Below, one piece after another: positions 47,246 to 61,627 of a stretch of DNA of 64,000 bases; position 1 is the first letter of the stretch, and the number at the start of each line of letters is the position of its first letter. The DNA is from Podarcis tiliguerta. Its lineage: Eukaryota. The translations under genes and the position numbers were made by a program. The notes under the pieces are model-generated. The model was not told the DNA's origin, made no database searches, and worked only from the letters and a program-made list of their open reading frames with translations. The stretch is taken from the NCBI GenBank assembly GCA_965153285.1, contig OZ229115.1; one strand, 5' to 3'.

Positions 47246-50095
47246 GCCCCAGCCCACATGGCCAGTGGTCAGGGATGATGGGAAGGATAGCTCAACAACA
47301 TCTGGACCATGCTGGCTATCCCTGCTGTAGCATTTAGTTTGGACCTACAACCTGCCACATATAAATGCTTAGGACGAATTATAAATAAAGCCAAACCAGT
47401 GCAAAATGATAAAACATGATGTTACAGTGGTGCTACACAGATAACTCTGGTACAAATTGAACTGGGGTGTTAGCAAACTTGTAACAACAAAAACAAAACA
47501 AATGACCCAGTTTTTTTGAGTCTCTGCCATGTCTACAAAGTGGCCCAAAAATGCATATATGAATCCTCAAAATGCACAAGGAACAGTCAGTTAAACATGC
47601 TATTGCAATGTCACAGAGTGCTAAACTGTGTTGTGTGCTTAAAAGGAAAGGAAGAGTGGAAGTGACACAAGATATATAACCAGTCATCCAGACACACAGA
47701 TGCTTTTTATTGGCTGTGTTGTTTTTCAAACACACAAAGCATAACACTGCATGGAAGCATGCAGAACAGATGCACAGTGAGGTCAATCAATGCCAAACTA
47801 CTCAGTACACAGCTTTAAAGCATCACGACACCACAATCTGGGGTGATATATGAGAGATCATGCTAGGCTGCCCCTGCTGAACGGCTCTGTGAATGATGTA
47901 TGCTTGGGGGACAGTGTCAATGGAGGGCAGGAGAGCATCTTAGCAACAATTCAGCCTGCAATTCCAACTCACATGTTTGACTGGTTTCCTGGAAACCACA
48001 GGAGTGTGAAGTCAAACAGCAAGGCTAATAGCACAGTGATGGACTCTGCTAATTGTACCGCTCCACCTGGAAAAGGAGAGCTTTCAGATATCACATTTCA
48101 GATATCAGGACAAGGATAAGCTTGCCCTGCCGTGTTGCAGAAACGTGCTGCAGTTGTGATCACTCCTCATGGCCTTAAATTTGGATGCTATATCACAATT
48201 TTTTTGCAATCAGTGCAGGATGAATATTAGGGCTGTGCACAAATCCAGAGCTCTTCAGACAACATTTGGGACAGACTGGAGATTCTTCCTTTCACAAAAG
48301 GAAGGAATTTTGTGAGGAACTGTTTTGAAGGGAACTGAAATGGTTTCAATACTCAGCATGGTAGATGTGCCAGGGTGGCTGGGTGTCTACAAATCAATGG
48401 TTGCCACCCACATTTGTTGCAAACTCAAGTTAGCAAAACTCACGGCAGATTTCCAATATCACAAAGGTGGTTGTGTCCCATCATGGTTGCTTCCCTGTGC
48501 TGATATTTAAAAACCCAAGTGTGGGAATGTGCAAAGCAGAGAGAGATCCTGAGGTTTAGTTTCTGATGACTTACAGTCATTGCCCTCGATGTTCAAGCAA
48601 GGGCAGTGCTATTCACTTCCATGGTACAACTCATGCGATTAAATGAGGGTAAGCATGCATTGAAAAGCTTTATGGAAATCATAGCTCATATCTTCCATTC
48701 TGTCCTGCATTTCTTTTTCTTTTTTTCTCTTAACCTGCAAAGCTAGCACTCTCCCTTTAAGATCCAGGGCCTTTCCTGCTTTCCTGGCAGGTTTCCATTG
48801 GCAACTCCAGAATCCTGCACAAGGCTCTCAACACCTGATTAAATATTAATCCAGGGGTGGGGGCCTCCCTCTTTTATGATCCTTTCCCTTGAAACCCCTA
48901 TTAGTAAATCACAGTCCAGCATGAGAGGAAATGTGGCCATTCCATTACCCTCAGTTCACGAAGGGGCATTAATTCTTAATAAACTGGCCTGATTATAATA
49001 ATACTTGAAGGATGCAAAATAATGGATAGACAGGTTTACGTCCATGCCTAAGATTAAACACATGTGTGGCCCAGGGAGAGGGAGACGGGGGCAGCAGGCT
49101 GAGAGGGAGATGGATGGGCGAACTATGGCTCGAATTCTCAATGAAAGTGGGTGTTGTGCTGCTAAGTTCTCTATAGGTCCCTGGTGAGCTGTACATTTCC
49201 CTTTTCTTCAGTGCTGCAAATCTCAGGCCCTTCTCCCCACCCCCTTTTGAGATGCACAAGTAGCCTGCTGTGAAAGGAAAACAGGTAACCATTTTCCCAA
49301 TGTAAGTGAGAAGACATTCTAAGGTTCCAAATCAAGTCCCTGAAAATTATACAGTGTATGTGAAGCAAAGGGGGACGACTCAAACAGGGCAAGGGGGGTA
49401 TATTTCTTTCTCAATATCAGCCTGACAGGCACTGCCTTGCATTCCCCTGCTCCTTAAATAAAATAAAGCTATGGCCACCTGCCCAAATTTATTCATTCCT
49501 CTAAAGGAAATCCTTTTGTGTCATAGCCCTCACTAGTGGATGCTTTATAGATGGGGCAAAATTATGAGGCCATCACCATGTACACACCTTTTTAAAGTGA
49601 ATAGGAGCTGTTCAGGGTGGAGGAGAAATTTGACTCAGTTCATATTTGAAGGCAAACCTACCAAATTTGCAATTCCCAAAGCCATGCAAGGATTGAAACA
49701 CAGCCATCCTTGGAAATTCAGACGTCTCCATATTTTGCAATGCAGCTTTCCAGTCAAGTAATATTTACAGAAATGACTACAACAGGGAGGGGCAAAGTAT
49801 GAAGGAAAATGCACATATTAGTGAAAAGGACTTTTTTTAAAAAAAATGCATTACAGTAGAGGAAATGGTTTGCAGAAATACATCCCAAACTGTGCGTGTT
49901 AGGAGAAATTTGCAGTAAACTGAGCTGCTGGTGGATCTTTAGGAGGATTTTTTTTTAAAAAAAAATGAGGTGGAAATGTGGAAAAATGAATTCAAGGCTG
50001 GAAAAATGAGAAGTGGAGAGACACCAAAATGGACAGACTTGCTCATTGCTTGGAGCTGTGAAATACCATATTGATAGGAGGTACAACCTTGGTGT

Positions 50096-50330
50096 GGGGC
50101 TGGTCCAAGACATTTTGCAGCTTCAGGCGAAACAGAAAATCTTGTCCCACCACCACTATAGCCACCTCCTCTGCTGCCACCTGCCACCGGCCTCCTAGTC
50201 CACACCCACCCATCACAGCTAGGCATGAAGGGGTCAACCAGGTGTGGAGGATGAGACATTGGGCAGTGGCAGAGGAGGCTGCATCTGCTGTCTGAGGCAA
50301 CTGCCTCACCTCACGGGTGGATTGGCCCTG
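50096..50330 (-). mobile_element. hAT-like element, same family as 11736-12424
   Basis: ccaagacattttgcagcttcaggc...ctgaggcaactgcctcac...tggccctg. Confidence 0.55.
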
Positions 50331-51142
50331 TCAAATGTTTCCATCTACCCTCCCCTTCAAATCCAGATTGGGATGGCAATGAAGGACATTTTCTTTCTTT
50401 CTTTTTACCCTATCCCCTCAAATAATGTATTATTTTCCATATTTATATTGGCTGTCTTTCAGGGTTGCCCCTCTCAAAGCAACTCTCAACAGGTTAAAAA
50501 CAATCTGTGACATTACGTTCCATAAAATACTTACTTTTTTTTAAAAAAAAAATCATCTCAGGACACAATAGCACATCTAAAAATCATCACAGTAGCAGAC
50601 AAAAAATAATATCAGCAGACTAAAATAATACAAGTGTAAAAGCAGAGAGCAAAAATAGCACATTATAAAACCAGAAGCAGAAAAGTACCAACAGAATTAA
50701 AAGCAGTTTTAAATAAAAGAAAGTCTTCAAGACCTATTTAAAAGTCATCAGTGTAAGGGCCATACATACTCCTAAAGGGACGGGTTCACATTGGGTGGCC
50801 ACGTGTCCTGCATTACAGAGGATAGTCCTCCATTTTGAAGGGCTGTCACAGAACAGTCCTTTAGTTGAAAGTGTCCTCTATTTGACAGCTGTCAACAGTA
50901 TCATCCAAACTCAAGATCTGATGGGATGGGAAAGCTTGAATTCACCAGAACATGAGATTTCCCAGCTGAACTGAGTGTATGCCAGTGTATGACCCTCATC
51001 CTGGCTCACCTGGTGCTCAGCCAGCAGAAGGTAAGATGGTTCCTATGCCAGCATAGCAGGATGGGAGTAAGTCTCTTCTTACTCCTATTACAAACTCTGT
51101 TCAGGCCAGTCATGAGAACCAGGACCCAATACTCATCACCAT

Positions 51143-51479
51143 TGTTTATTTATATGCTGCCCATCTGACTGGCTTACCCCAGTCACTCTGGGTGGCTTCC
51201 AACAAATTAAAACACAATGAGACATCAAACATTAAAAACTTCCCTATACAGGGATGCCTTCAGATGTCTTCTCAAAGTCTGATAGTTGTTTATTTCCTTG
51301 ACATCTGATGGGAGGGCATTCCACAAGGCGAGTACAACGACCGAGAAGGCCCTCTGCCTAGTTTGCTGTAACCTCACTTATCTCAGAGAGAGAACCACTA
51401 GAAGGCCTCGGAGGTGGATCTGTGTCTGGGCTGAATGATGGGTGTGGAGATGCTCCATTGGGTATACAGGGGCAAAGCC
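51143..51479 (-). mobile_element. L2 LINE 3' fragment
   Basis: Reverse complement of the 6501 family (gatagttgtttatttccttgacatctgatgggagggcattccac). Confidence 0.85.
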
Positions 51480-51950
51480 CTGGATCCACACTCACCTGCT
51501 GGCTTAGTCAGTGGTAGGCGCTTTCAGAGGCACCTGAATAGAAGTATATTACACTGGCATAAGTTACACTGGTTTCCTCTAGTTAGGATTCCAGTGTTAA
51601 GCTGGAATCCTAAACAGACTTAACCCACTGGACACTTCCAAGTAAACAAGCATAGCATTCGGTTGCAAATCACCCCCCACTGAAATCAATAGCACAAATA
51701 GGGTTGTAGGTTCAAATGTAGGGGGGAACCTACTCCATTCACATGGGGTTGCTGGGGAACAGACCAAAGGTCTGAATACTGCTGTCTTGATGAGTAATGG
51801 CCATATTATGCATTCCTAAACACGTCAAAAAAGGTTTGTTCATGCCCAAAAGCAGGGCATGAAGGCAATTCTGCTCCCCTCCAGGCACTGTTTCCCTCCA
51901 ACCATTGTGATTCAGTGGTATTTTGTGTCCATTTAGCCATCATTAATTAA

Positions 51951-52196
51951 CACCAGTGTGGTGTAGTGGTTAAGAGCGGTAGTCTTGTAATCTGGGGAAC
52001 CGGGTTCATGTCTCCGCTCCTCCACATGCAGCTGCTGGGTGACCTTGGGCTAGTCACACTTCTCTGAAGTCTCTCAGCCCCACTCACCTCACAGAGTGTT
52101 TGTTGTGGGGGAGGAAGGGAAAGGAGAATGTTAGCCACTTTGAGACTCCTGAAGGGGAGTGAAAGGCGGGGTATCAAATCCAAACTCTTCTTCTTC
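51951..52196 (+). mobile_element. tRNA-derived SINE with (TTC)n tail (lacertid POM/P.s.1/Squam2-like)
   Basis: A box tggtgtagtggtt, B-box-like ggttcatgtctcc, core gggtgaccttgggc; highly similar inverted copy at 58318-58567. Confidence 0.85.
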
Positions 52197-52588
52197 GGCT
52201 GGTCGCCGAAGAATTGATGCTTTTGAATTATGGTGCTGGAGAAGACTATTGAGAGTCCCATGGACTGCAAGAAGATCAGACCTATCCATTCTGAAGGAAC
52301 TCAGCGCTGAGTGCTCACTGGAAGGACAGATCGTGAAGCTGAGGCGCCAATACTTTGGCCACCTCATGCGAAGAGAAGACTCCCTGGAAAAGACCCTGAT
52401 GTTGGGAAAGATGGAGGGCACAAGGAGAAGGGGACGACAGAGGATGAGATGGTTGGACGGTGTTCTCGAACCTACCAGCATGAGTTTGACCAAACTGCGG
52501 GAGGCAGTGGAAGACAGGAGTGCTTGGTGTGTTCTGGTCCATGGGGTCACGAAGAGTCGGACACGACTAAACGACTAAACAACAACAA
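52197..52588 (+). mobile_element. BovB (RTE) LINE 3' fragment
   Basis: RRRIDAFELWCWRRLLRVPWTARRS..YFGHLMRREDSLEKTLMLGKMEGTRRRGRQRMRWLD..TKSRTRLND; (AAC)n tail. Confidence 0.95.
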
Positions 52589-55032
52589 AATTTATTTGAT
52601 CCCATCTTTAACAGTGGCCAAAAAGCAACAGAGTCGTACTCTTGCCAGAAGTGCAAGTGGTGCTTAGTTTCATGTTGGGCCTTACATCTTTTTAGATGTA
52701 ATTTCTTGCCTGCCCTTCCTCATAGATGCTCAGACTGGCATGCATGGATTCCCTACCTCACTTTTCTCTTCCCAGTTGCGCTCTTTTTTTATAAGCAAAG
52801 GAGAGCATTCCTTGGTTGGAATACCCTAAAGGTCTACTAATCATAAAGAAAATATATGCAGTGCAGAAAATTTTGCTGTAAACCACTCTAGTAGACAAAG
52901 CTTCAGTTATTGTGCTTTCTTATGTATGTATGTATGTTTGTTTGTTTGTTTGTTTTTGTTAAAATTGGAGTTGCCATCAATCAATTTTACAGTTTTTACT
53001 TCTTTAAATTATTTGGCTTTTGGTTTTAAAACAGTTTGGATAGCTTTGATGCTGCCAGAGGTACAATTTAAGTGGTGAAATTATTCGGCACCACTGTAGT
53101 AAAAGAAAAGAAAAGATTATGGCATATTTTTTGACTCATATTAGACATAAAATACATTTTAAAGATTTAAGGTGCCATCAGTCATAGCTTTCTTCCCTCT
53201 TTTTTGCATTTAAGATTCTGTTTGGGGCATTTTGCATGCATGTTCATTGACTATGCTAGCCCACGGAAAAAAATCCATTGCATCAGGAGGGGATGTGGAA
53301 ATGTATCCATTGGTCCATTCCCGTCTATCATGTTTCTTATGGCCCCTGCCCTACACATATTGGGGCTGGGTGGATGGAGTAGAGTGCCTAGCCTTGACGG
53401 AATTCCAGTAGACTATAGCAATAGACTATCTCTCTGCTTGTGCAAGACCAATGCCTCCCTGCTGACCCACCCAGCTCTCAGTAATACTGTGTTTCATCAA
53501 TCAGGTCTTAAACTCATGTCCTTTCTGAATGTAGCCTGCCTCTTGTCCTGGTCTTATCCCACGTTAGTTCATTATATTCCCTTTTTGAAGTATTTGAATT
53601 TGGTATTAGATGCTTCTTTTTAAGAAATGGAAGAGGCAATTTGTTTTGTATTAAGCCACAGCTAAATACAATAAACAAAGTTTAGCAAATCAGAGGAACT
53701 CAGTATCTATTAGAAAACAACTCTAAGAAGGCGCCTGGAAGTAAGGAGTGGAGTGTTTCCTGAGTAAGCGTGATGAAGGTTCGCATACCAGATCACTCTG
53801 GCCCATTTTACATGGAGAATACAGAAAATTGCCTTATAGACCATGGGCTTATCTAGCTCATTTATTATTTTGAAGCTAGAATGTGGCATGCTGGGTGACC
53901 CAGTCAAAGTGGCATAATTTGGTCTGCCCAGTACTACTGAATGAGTCCTACTCTGTGTAAAACAAGTGTACACATTCTTTCTCAAGCAAAAGTAAGACAC
54001 TGTACATTTCGGTACAGTAAACCTTTTTTCTAATGTGATAAATAAGGAGCATAATTGGGTAGTGTTTTTTTTTAAGAAACAACAACAACATGGTGCATTA
54101 AGAGTTAAGCAAGGCAGCTACATTTCTTGCTTTTTCTGATCACGTAGCTGGTGACCAAAAATAGACCAAGAGCGTTAGCATCACTCATGGCTTGTTGCTA
54201 ATTGTCCTGTTTTAGATGCAGATGTTTTTCACTTCCAGGCACTGACTCCCCCCCCCCTTTTTCCCCTTTTCTCTCCCCCCCCCTTTTTTTTGAGGAGTAC
54301 AAAATATGCTGCTTTGGCATTTCTGAACCCAGTAAAACTTTGATTTGCTATGCTGAGATAAACATCAAATCCCAGTAAGCAGTTGCCTTTTTGTCTTTCA
54401 TGAGCTATAAAGTAACAAGACCTCTTTTAAGCAGGAGCATCTGTGAAATCAGGAATTTTCTTTGTTTTCCCCGAGAGAAAAGTGGGTGTTGTTGTTTTTT
54501 AATGTGATAGGCTTTCCCCTCCTGTTCTTTCTTTTTTCTTTACTTACTCCATGTAGAAAAGAAAAAAAAGAAGAAATTAGCATTGAAATTGACAGTTCCA
54601 TTTGAAAGCTGTTTGGTTAACAGGCCAGCCTTGGTTAATTTTCTGTGATTTCCAGTGACTGTAGAAGACAGGAGTGTCTTTAATCTGCCCCCAACCCTTG
54701 AAAAGTTGGTGCATTAAAAGGAATTATCAGCAGTGTGCTTGATCCACAATGTGCCAATTAAATGCATCTGTACTTTTGTGTAAGCTGGCCAGAAAAATGC
54801 TTGCAGATAAGAGTTCGCCTTTCTGCAAACATTTTCATACATGAAATTTTTAAGTGGCTCTTGCTTCAGCTGGGTTCATAATGTGAACATAAAACCTACA
54901 CATACCAGAATACAATGTCTGCCTTTGATTTCTGCTCTACATGAATAACGGGTAAAGAAATGTTAACTTAACACACATACATGTATATTTATATTCACAC
55001 ACATACATATAATGAAAGAGGCTCAAACACAA

Positions 55033-55370
55033 TTTCTTCTTCTTCTTTGGTGATCACTCGTAGCCGATTAAGGTTGTCTTCCATAAACACAGTGACTGTG
55101 GAGGCCAATTCTGGAGCCACACATCCTTCCACAGTGGGGACATTGGTTTCCGGGTGGGAGTTGATCACAGTGTGGATTTGCCAAGCGTGGCTTCCTCCTA
55201 GCACGTTTCTCCCTTGCGTCCTGAGTTTGAGTGTCTTCAAAGCCCATGACACCTTTGGTAAATGCTGTTCTCCAACGGGAGCGCTCACAGGCCAATGTTT
55301 CCCAGTTGTCAGTGTTTATACTACATTTTTAAAGATTTGCCTTGAGACAGTCTTTAAACCTCTTTTGTTG
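55033..55370 (-). mobile_element. RTE-1-clade LINE 3' end (not BovB)
   Basis: QQKRFKDCLKANLK..DNWETLACERSRWRTA..CPHCGRMCGSRIGLHSH, a C-terminal zinc-finger-like motif; (GAA)n tail. Confidence 0.85.
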
Positions 55371-55680
55371 AGCATTATACTTTCCATAGGCCTATTGACG
55401 ATGATAGTAAATACGCCAGCTAATAATATACTGACAATATTTTTATAACACTGTTCAAAATTCATACATATAATACGTGCATGGAGTCACAAACTAGTAA
55501 GAATCAAATAAATGTCTCATGAACAGGAATGGTAGGAGTGATAGGTCATTGTCAAAGATCACTGAAATGGAAGCAGAATGCCTTTCCACAGTCCGTATCC
55601 TACAAACGTAGGATCAGCTATCACTAAAAAGTGTTGTAAACTGTATAGTAAGCTTGGGGATTTATAAGAAGGGTGGAGAT

Positions 55681-56342
55681 CAGGGCCAGCCCTACCATTA
55701 GGCAGAGTGGAGGCAGCATTCCACCTGAATTCCCTATCTATCTTTCTGTTCTTAGGTTTGTTGGGTGATGCTGTTCCAGGACCAGTGTTGCAGTGAGATT
55801 CAGCTTGCTAGTCCAGTTAGATTTCGGACTTGGAAAAGAGTGAGGACCACATGCATCTTCTTCTCAGGCATCTTAGGCCAGCCCCCACCAGGTGTGGGTG
55901 TGTGTTGCCCTCTCTCTCTTTCTACTATCTGTTTATGCAATAGAAAACAATTCTAATATTTTGGGGTAAAGGAGGACTTCAAACTGTCTTGTTAATAAGC
56001 ACTCTCCCTCCTATTTCTTTCACACACGTACACTCAAAAGAAAACTGCTTAAAACTCAGCTGGTAAACAAGCCCTCCTTAATTAGTAATAGTTTGTCCCA
56101 ACTCCCCGGGGACTTCTGAAATGACACACTCCTAGTAACAAAGAAAACATAATGAAAACAAATTTATCTGACCTGAATCCAAACACTGAATGGAAAGGCT
56201 TGTTGTTTTAAGAGATACGATCTTCCATCATTTATTAATCCAAACAATCTGATTATAATCCGCCCCCTTCCCACTCTTGATAAGTTTCCCAAAATACTAT
56301 GTTTAATTTATGTTTTCAGTGGGGTATTCCAGGTAATATTCA

Positions 56343-56386
<44 letters not shown>

Positions 56387-56901
56387 CATCATCATCATCA
56401 TCATCATCATTATGTACCCTTCATCATAAGGTCCCTGGGCAGATTACAACACTTCAAAAATACAATTTTAAATTCAGTTTAAAGCAAATTAGAGTCAACA
56501 GAAAAGGGCAGATCTTGGTCCATGAACCTATTTCCAAAATAAATTGTGAATATTTATCTTATCTAAAGTTGAGTGGTGACAATAATTCAACGATGTTTTG
56601 CTGGAAAGAGCTGCACAATTAATTAACTTGGACTGACATCCTATGTATGAAATCAATGGAACTTAATTCTGAGTAGACATGCATAGGATTGTGCTGCAAA
56701 GTCACAAAGGAGTCACACTGAAATAATGGGGCTTATTTCTGTGTAGAAATGTGTAGGATTGCACTGTAAATGATGCAAAAAGTCCAGAGTGGAATACAAT
56801 ATTTGGATAGTAGATGCTTGATATAGCTCTCCTCCTCCAGATCTGGAAGGGTGCCATCTTTTCCTTCTGTTTCAGACAGCAAAATGTATTGGGATACTCC
56901 C
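55681..56901 (+). mobile_element. Degraded hAT-like element ends enclosing other sequence
   Basis: cagggccagccctaccattaggcagagtg...ggtgccatcttttccttctgtttcagacagcaaaatgtattggg. Confidence 0.45.
56343..56412. repeat. (TTA)n(TCA)n compound microsatellite
   Basis: Seen directly. Confidence 0.95.
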
Positions 56902-58317
56902 ACATCCCCCTCTTGTTTGTTTATCTACTGTTGCTTAACCATCCCGCTGAAGTAGCACTCAAAAACATGCATACTGTTTTAAGATTTTGAGGTTAACCCT
57001 AATAAAGCTATTGTTTTGTAATCCTTCTGTAGGATAATTTAGGTCCAGAGGTATTCATGTATAACTTTAGCTTCTTATAATGCATTAACTTTTACTTTAA
57101 AACAGCAACTTCTTCATGCAGCACAGATGATCTGCTACTGAGCTGCAGCCCTTCCTATTTGTGGAAGCCTCTGTTAATGAGCTCAGTTGTGGGTTGGGGC
57201 ACCTCTGAGCCCACCCCAGAAGATGTGGGATGGAATGGAAGAAGACTATGATCAAGAGACTCTGATTTATGATGGGAATAGGCCTGAAGACTGTGTGGAG
57301 GGCAGGTGGAGGGTCTGAAAAACAGAAATGCTGACAAGATTTTGGTTAAGCGAAGATAAGGCTTGGGATCACATAAACCCCTAAAACAATGGAAAATGGT
57401 TTCTGCAGCTGTTTGCCCAGTGACCTGTCATTTACCAATACAGAACCAATTCTAGTGGTGAGCAAAGGAGCAATTAAAAGGAACCAATCAGTGTGCTGGA
57501 AAGAAGTTTCTGGGATGGTGGAAAGCAGAGAGAAGTGGCAGTTTTCTCCTCTGGACTACATCTTGGCTTCATCTCTTTTCTACAACAAGGAGCTGTTTCT
57601 CTTGTCTTTTTGTGCTGTAACTTATCTCTTCTCTGGAACATACGCACAGAGAGAAGAAAAAATGCTTTTAGATTCCCTTCTTACCCCAAATATTCTTACC
57701 ATTCTTGACACTGGGTTACGTTTTTCTTTGCTGTGTTTTCCACTTTTGTGTGTGTGTATAGCTCTGGTTATTTTCTTCACAGCTGAGGTTCAGAATGCAA
57801 TATATTTTTAGATACTTTAATTTTTCTACCTGGGCTAATTTTCTGTTTGGATTTTCCGGGATCCCATATCCTGGATCACACTGATTCCTAGTAACGTGCA
57901 TCGAAAGGAGCCTGTTTCCTGGAATTTCAGTCTGGATTGGTAGAAATGTTTTTTTCTCTTAACCTAAAAGGCCATGTAATTAGGATAGATGGGATAATGT
58001 AGTAAACTTTATTTAGAGGCCTGGTGGAGTTCAGTTGGGCCAGTGTAGCATTCAGCAACAGTGAAGTTGCAGTTAATTTTAATCTTGCATACTATTATTC
58101 TGAGTAAAGTTTAATAGTTAAGTTGAATATTCAAACTCTATTTTGTTTTCTGCATAATCATTAGTGGCATATATTGTTCCTTATTTCTCCCTTCCCCAAG
58201 ATTCATGAATGAATAATGTGCTGTTGATTCCTCTTTGATAGTATTACACTCGTGTCTTTCATAAACTGAAATGCCATCTCTGGTCTTCTGCTGATATTTT
58301 AAAAATGATTCTTTGTA

Positions 58318-58567
58318 AAGAAGAAGAAGAAGAAGGGTTTGGATTTGATATCCCGCCTTTCACTCCCCTTCAGGAGTCTCAAAGCGTCTAACATTCTCCT
58401 TTCCCTTCCTCCCCCACAACAAACACTCTGTGAGGTGAGTGGGGCTGAGAGACTTCAAAGAAGTGTGACTGGCCCAAGGTCACCCAGCAGCTGCATGTGG
58501 AGGAGCGGAGACGCGAACCCGGTTCCCCAGATTACGAGACTACCACTCTTAACCACTACACCACACT
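58318..58567 (-). mobile_element. tRNA-derived SINE with (TTC)n tail
   Basis: Reverse complement of 51951-52196. Confidence 0.88.
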
Positions 58568-59158
58568 TAGCCCCTTGAATCCTATCTTGTCACAACCCTC
58601 TTGCCCATTGGGGCAATTTATGAACCTCATTTCCCGCCGCCATTAGTTCCAAGTCTCTTCAATGAATGGAAGGGCTCATTCTGCTTATAGAGGGACACTA
58701 TGAGACCCAACCCATAGGGTGGAATTGAACACAGCACTAAGGAAATGGTTCTGTCAGTGCAAGCATTTCTTTTTGCCTGATGTAATGCTCTCTCTGCTCC
58801 TCCTCCATGTTCTTTTCTTGGGGTACTCCTGACCCTCCAAAGTAGACTTGACAGAGGTGCAGAGGTAGAGGGGGAAATCCTTGTTGCACTAGTGGAAGTC
58901 CTTGTGGTGAGCTCTGAATATGGCCCATGATGCTTTAGAGCAGACCATCCAAATGTTGTTCGGCTCCAGCTCTCATTGACCTCAACTGGCAAATGTCAGG
59001 GGAATTGTTCTACAGCATCAAGCAAAAGGCGACCCCTATTTTAGAATGTTCAAAGTGCTTCATGTACTTCTGTATGTTATTCAAAGCAACCCTGTAAGAT
59101 GGGTGATTGTTACTGCCTGCAGATAGGAAGCTGAGAGTCAGGTGGTGGTCTGCCTATA

Positions 59159-59384
59159 CAGTGGTACCTCAGGTTAAGTACTTAATTCATTCTGGAGGTC
59201 CGTACTTAACCTGAAACTGTTCTTAACCTGAAGCACCACTTTAGCTAATGGGGCCTCCTGCTGCTGCCGCGCCACCGGAACCCGATTTCTGTTCTCATCC
59301 TGAAGCAAAGTTCTTAACCTGAAGCACTATTTCTGGGTTAGCGGAGTCTGTAACCTGAAGCGTATGTAACCTGAGGTACCACTG
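59159..59384 (+). mobile_element. Tigger/pogo-like MITE
   Basis: TA|cagtggtacctcaggtta...taacctgaggtaccactg|TA. Confidence 0.92.
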
Positions 59385-60640
59385 TAGACAGTTGTAGACG
59401 GTTAAAATTAGCTGGTTTTGACTGAGGCAGGATTGGAAACAGGCCCAATGAAGTCTACAGTGCTTCCTCAGAGTCACTACATTATACACAGCCTCTAAAG
59501 ACATCTCACACACTTGGACAATTTCATAGGAAAGGGCAAAAACAGTCGCAGATTTTAAGTCACATGAGGAAAACAATGTCCATGAATAATACATGTCCTA
59601 TATGAGTCCTATCTAATAACTTTAAACAAGGTTAGAAATAATTGTATGCTACATATTATGTGTGTTTGAAATATCTTGGCCAGCTTTTCTAAGTTTTGCA
59701 TCTCATTTTTAAAAAAATGAGAGGGGGGGAAGAGGGGAGGAAGATGGCTATTTCTTTTAATCTACAGACAAAAAGGAGCCACTTTTACATCTGAAAATCA
59801 GCTTGTTATTGATTCTATCCCTGTTAATATTCATGAAGCTCTATCACAGGACTGGAGATTTTAACACAGTGCCCCACACTCTAAATCAATTCCCATTGAT
59901 TTCAATCGGCTTCTCCCATCCAAGCATCGACCTCGCCCCCTCCCTTAGAAACATGCTCCCAAGGTCCTTTGAAGCACACTTGCAGCATAATGAGCTCAGA
60001 GGGATCACACAAGGTTCAGAGTAGTCTGTTTGCTTGCTCCAGCATCAGATGAGTGGGTGCTATCCCTTAGCAAAACCAAGATGGGTGTATACAAAAGACC
60101 CACACAAAACAAGCACAATTCTTTTTTTCTTCAAAGGACTCAAAGGGCGTATGGGCAACAAACCATATAACAGCCTTAGATTTCCTCACATTATTAGAAG
60201 CAGAAGCAATGAAGAGCTTGTCACTCCCCACCTGACTTCCCTTCTTTAAGGATTCTAGTGACTTCATCTTAGAATCTTATACTGAGTCGAACCATTGGTT
60301 CATCTAGGTCAGCGGTAGGTAATCCATATGTAGTTAGACTCCAGATCCCATCAGTAAACACGGTGAGTTGTTGACCACCGGCATGTGGAAGGAATCACTC
60401 TCTGTCCCTAGTAACTAGCAATGGCTCTCTAAAGTTTCAGGCATGAGTCTTTCCCATGAAGAATTCCCCTGAAGAATTTGCTATGTTCCTAAGTTGGCAT
60501 TTCCCTTACTTAAACGTGCATCAGATACTCAATGGCTTTGGTTCTTTATTTGACTGTTCTTTGATGAGGTGGCTGATCTTGTGGTTCTCTTCTCTTCTGT
60601 TTTCACATTCTGGAGATCCTTCCTGTCTCCAAATGGACTA

Positions 60641-60870
60641 CAGTCATACCTTGGGTTACAGACACTTCAGGTTGTGCTTTTTCAGGTTACGGACACACCA
60701 AAACCCAGAAGTACCGGAATGGGTTACTTCCGGGTTTCGGTGCTCGCGCATGCGCAGAAACACTGAATTGTGACCTGCGCATGCACAGATGCGGCACTGC
60801 GGGTTGCAAATGCTGCGGGTTGCGAACGTGCCTCCCGAATGGATCACGTTTGCAACCCGAGCGTCCACTG
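60641..60870 (-). mobile_element. Tigger/pogo-like MITE (5303 family)
   Basis: TA|cagtcataccttgggttaca...tgcaacccgagcgtccactg|TA. Confidence 0.9.
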
Positions 60871-60880
60871 TATTCTAGTC

Positions 60881-60928
60881 TCTTCTTCTTCTTCTTCTTC
60901 TTCTTCTTCTTCTTCTTCTTCTTCTTCT
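60881..60928. repeat. (TTC)n microsatellite
   Basis: Seen directly. Confidence 0.95.
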
Positions 60929-61627
60929 ATCAGAGAAGCTTGGGCGTTGCTGTACCCAGTGGGAAGAAGGCTCTGTAATTAAGTATATTCTTTGCTGTTT
61001 AGAAATACACAGGAAGCCAAAAAGGTCAGTTTCAAAATACTAAATTTAATTCAATATGAGGCCAGGGTATTGACAGTTGGCACAAAGTGACAGGTTTTGG
61101 ATTTTTTCAGGAAATGGCAACAATATAAGAAAGATTTGTACAAGACATTGCTTCTATGCATTTCTCTGCTACACAGATAGTTTCAATCCAAAAATCTCTG
61201 CTTTAGAAATTGAATTAAAATATCCTTTTATAATAGCAAGGCAAGACATTGTTGAAAGGGGATAAAAACTATTGTTCAGTATTTGAAGGACTTGACCTTA
61301 CTTGAGTTTTATTGCTTTCACGAATATTAATACAATAGCAGGGTTTTCTCAAAAATTCAGTAAAATTTGCAAGTCACAGAGGCAAACGTTATTCTCCAGC
61401 CCTATACAGTTGCTACCAAATTTTACCTGGAAGGGGGGGGAAAGTGGAGTGACTTTGGAGGGTCCAACTAGGGCAATTTTGTCAGAATTATGCATTGACA
61501 AATCTGTCAGTTTTGGTTTCTCTACATTTCTCCTTTTTCTCAACATAAATTAGTTCACCCTATTCCCACATCCATTTCTATTTAAAAAGAGAAGTCTGCA
61601 TGAAAATTTGTATGCATTTCCAAATGG

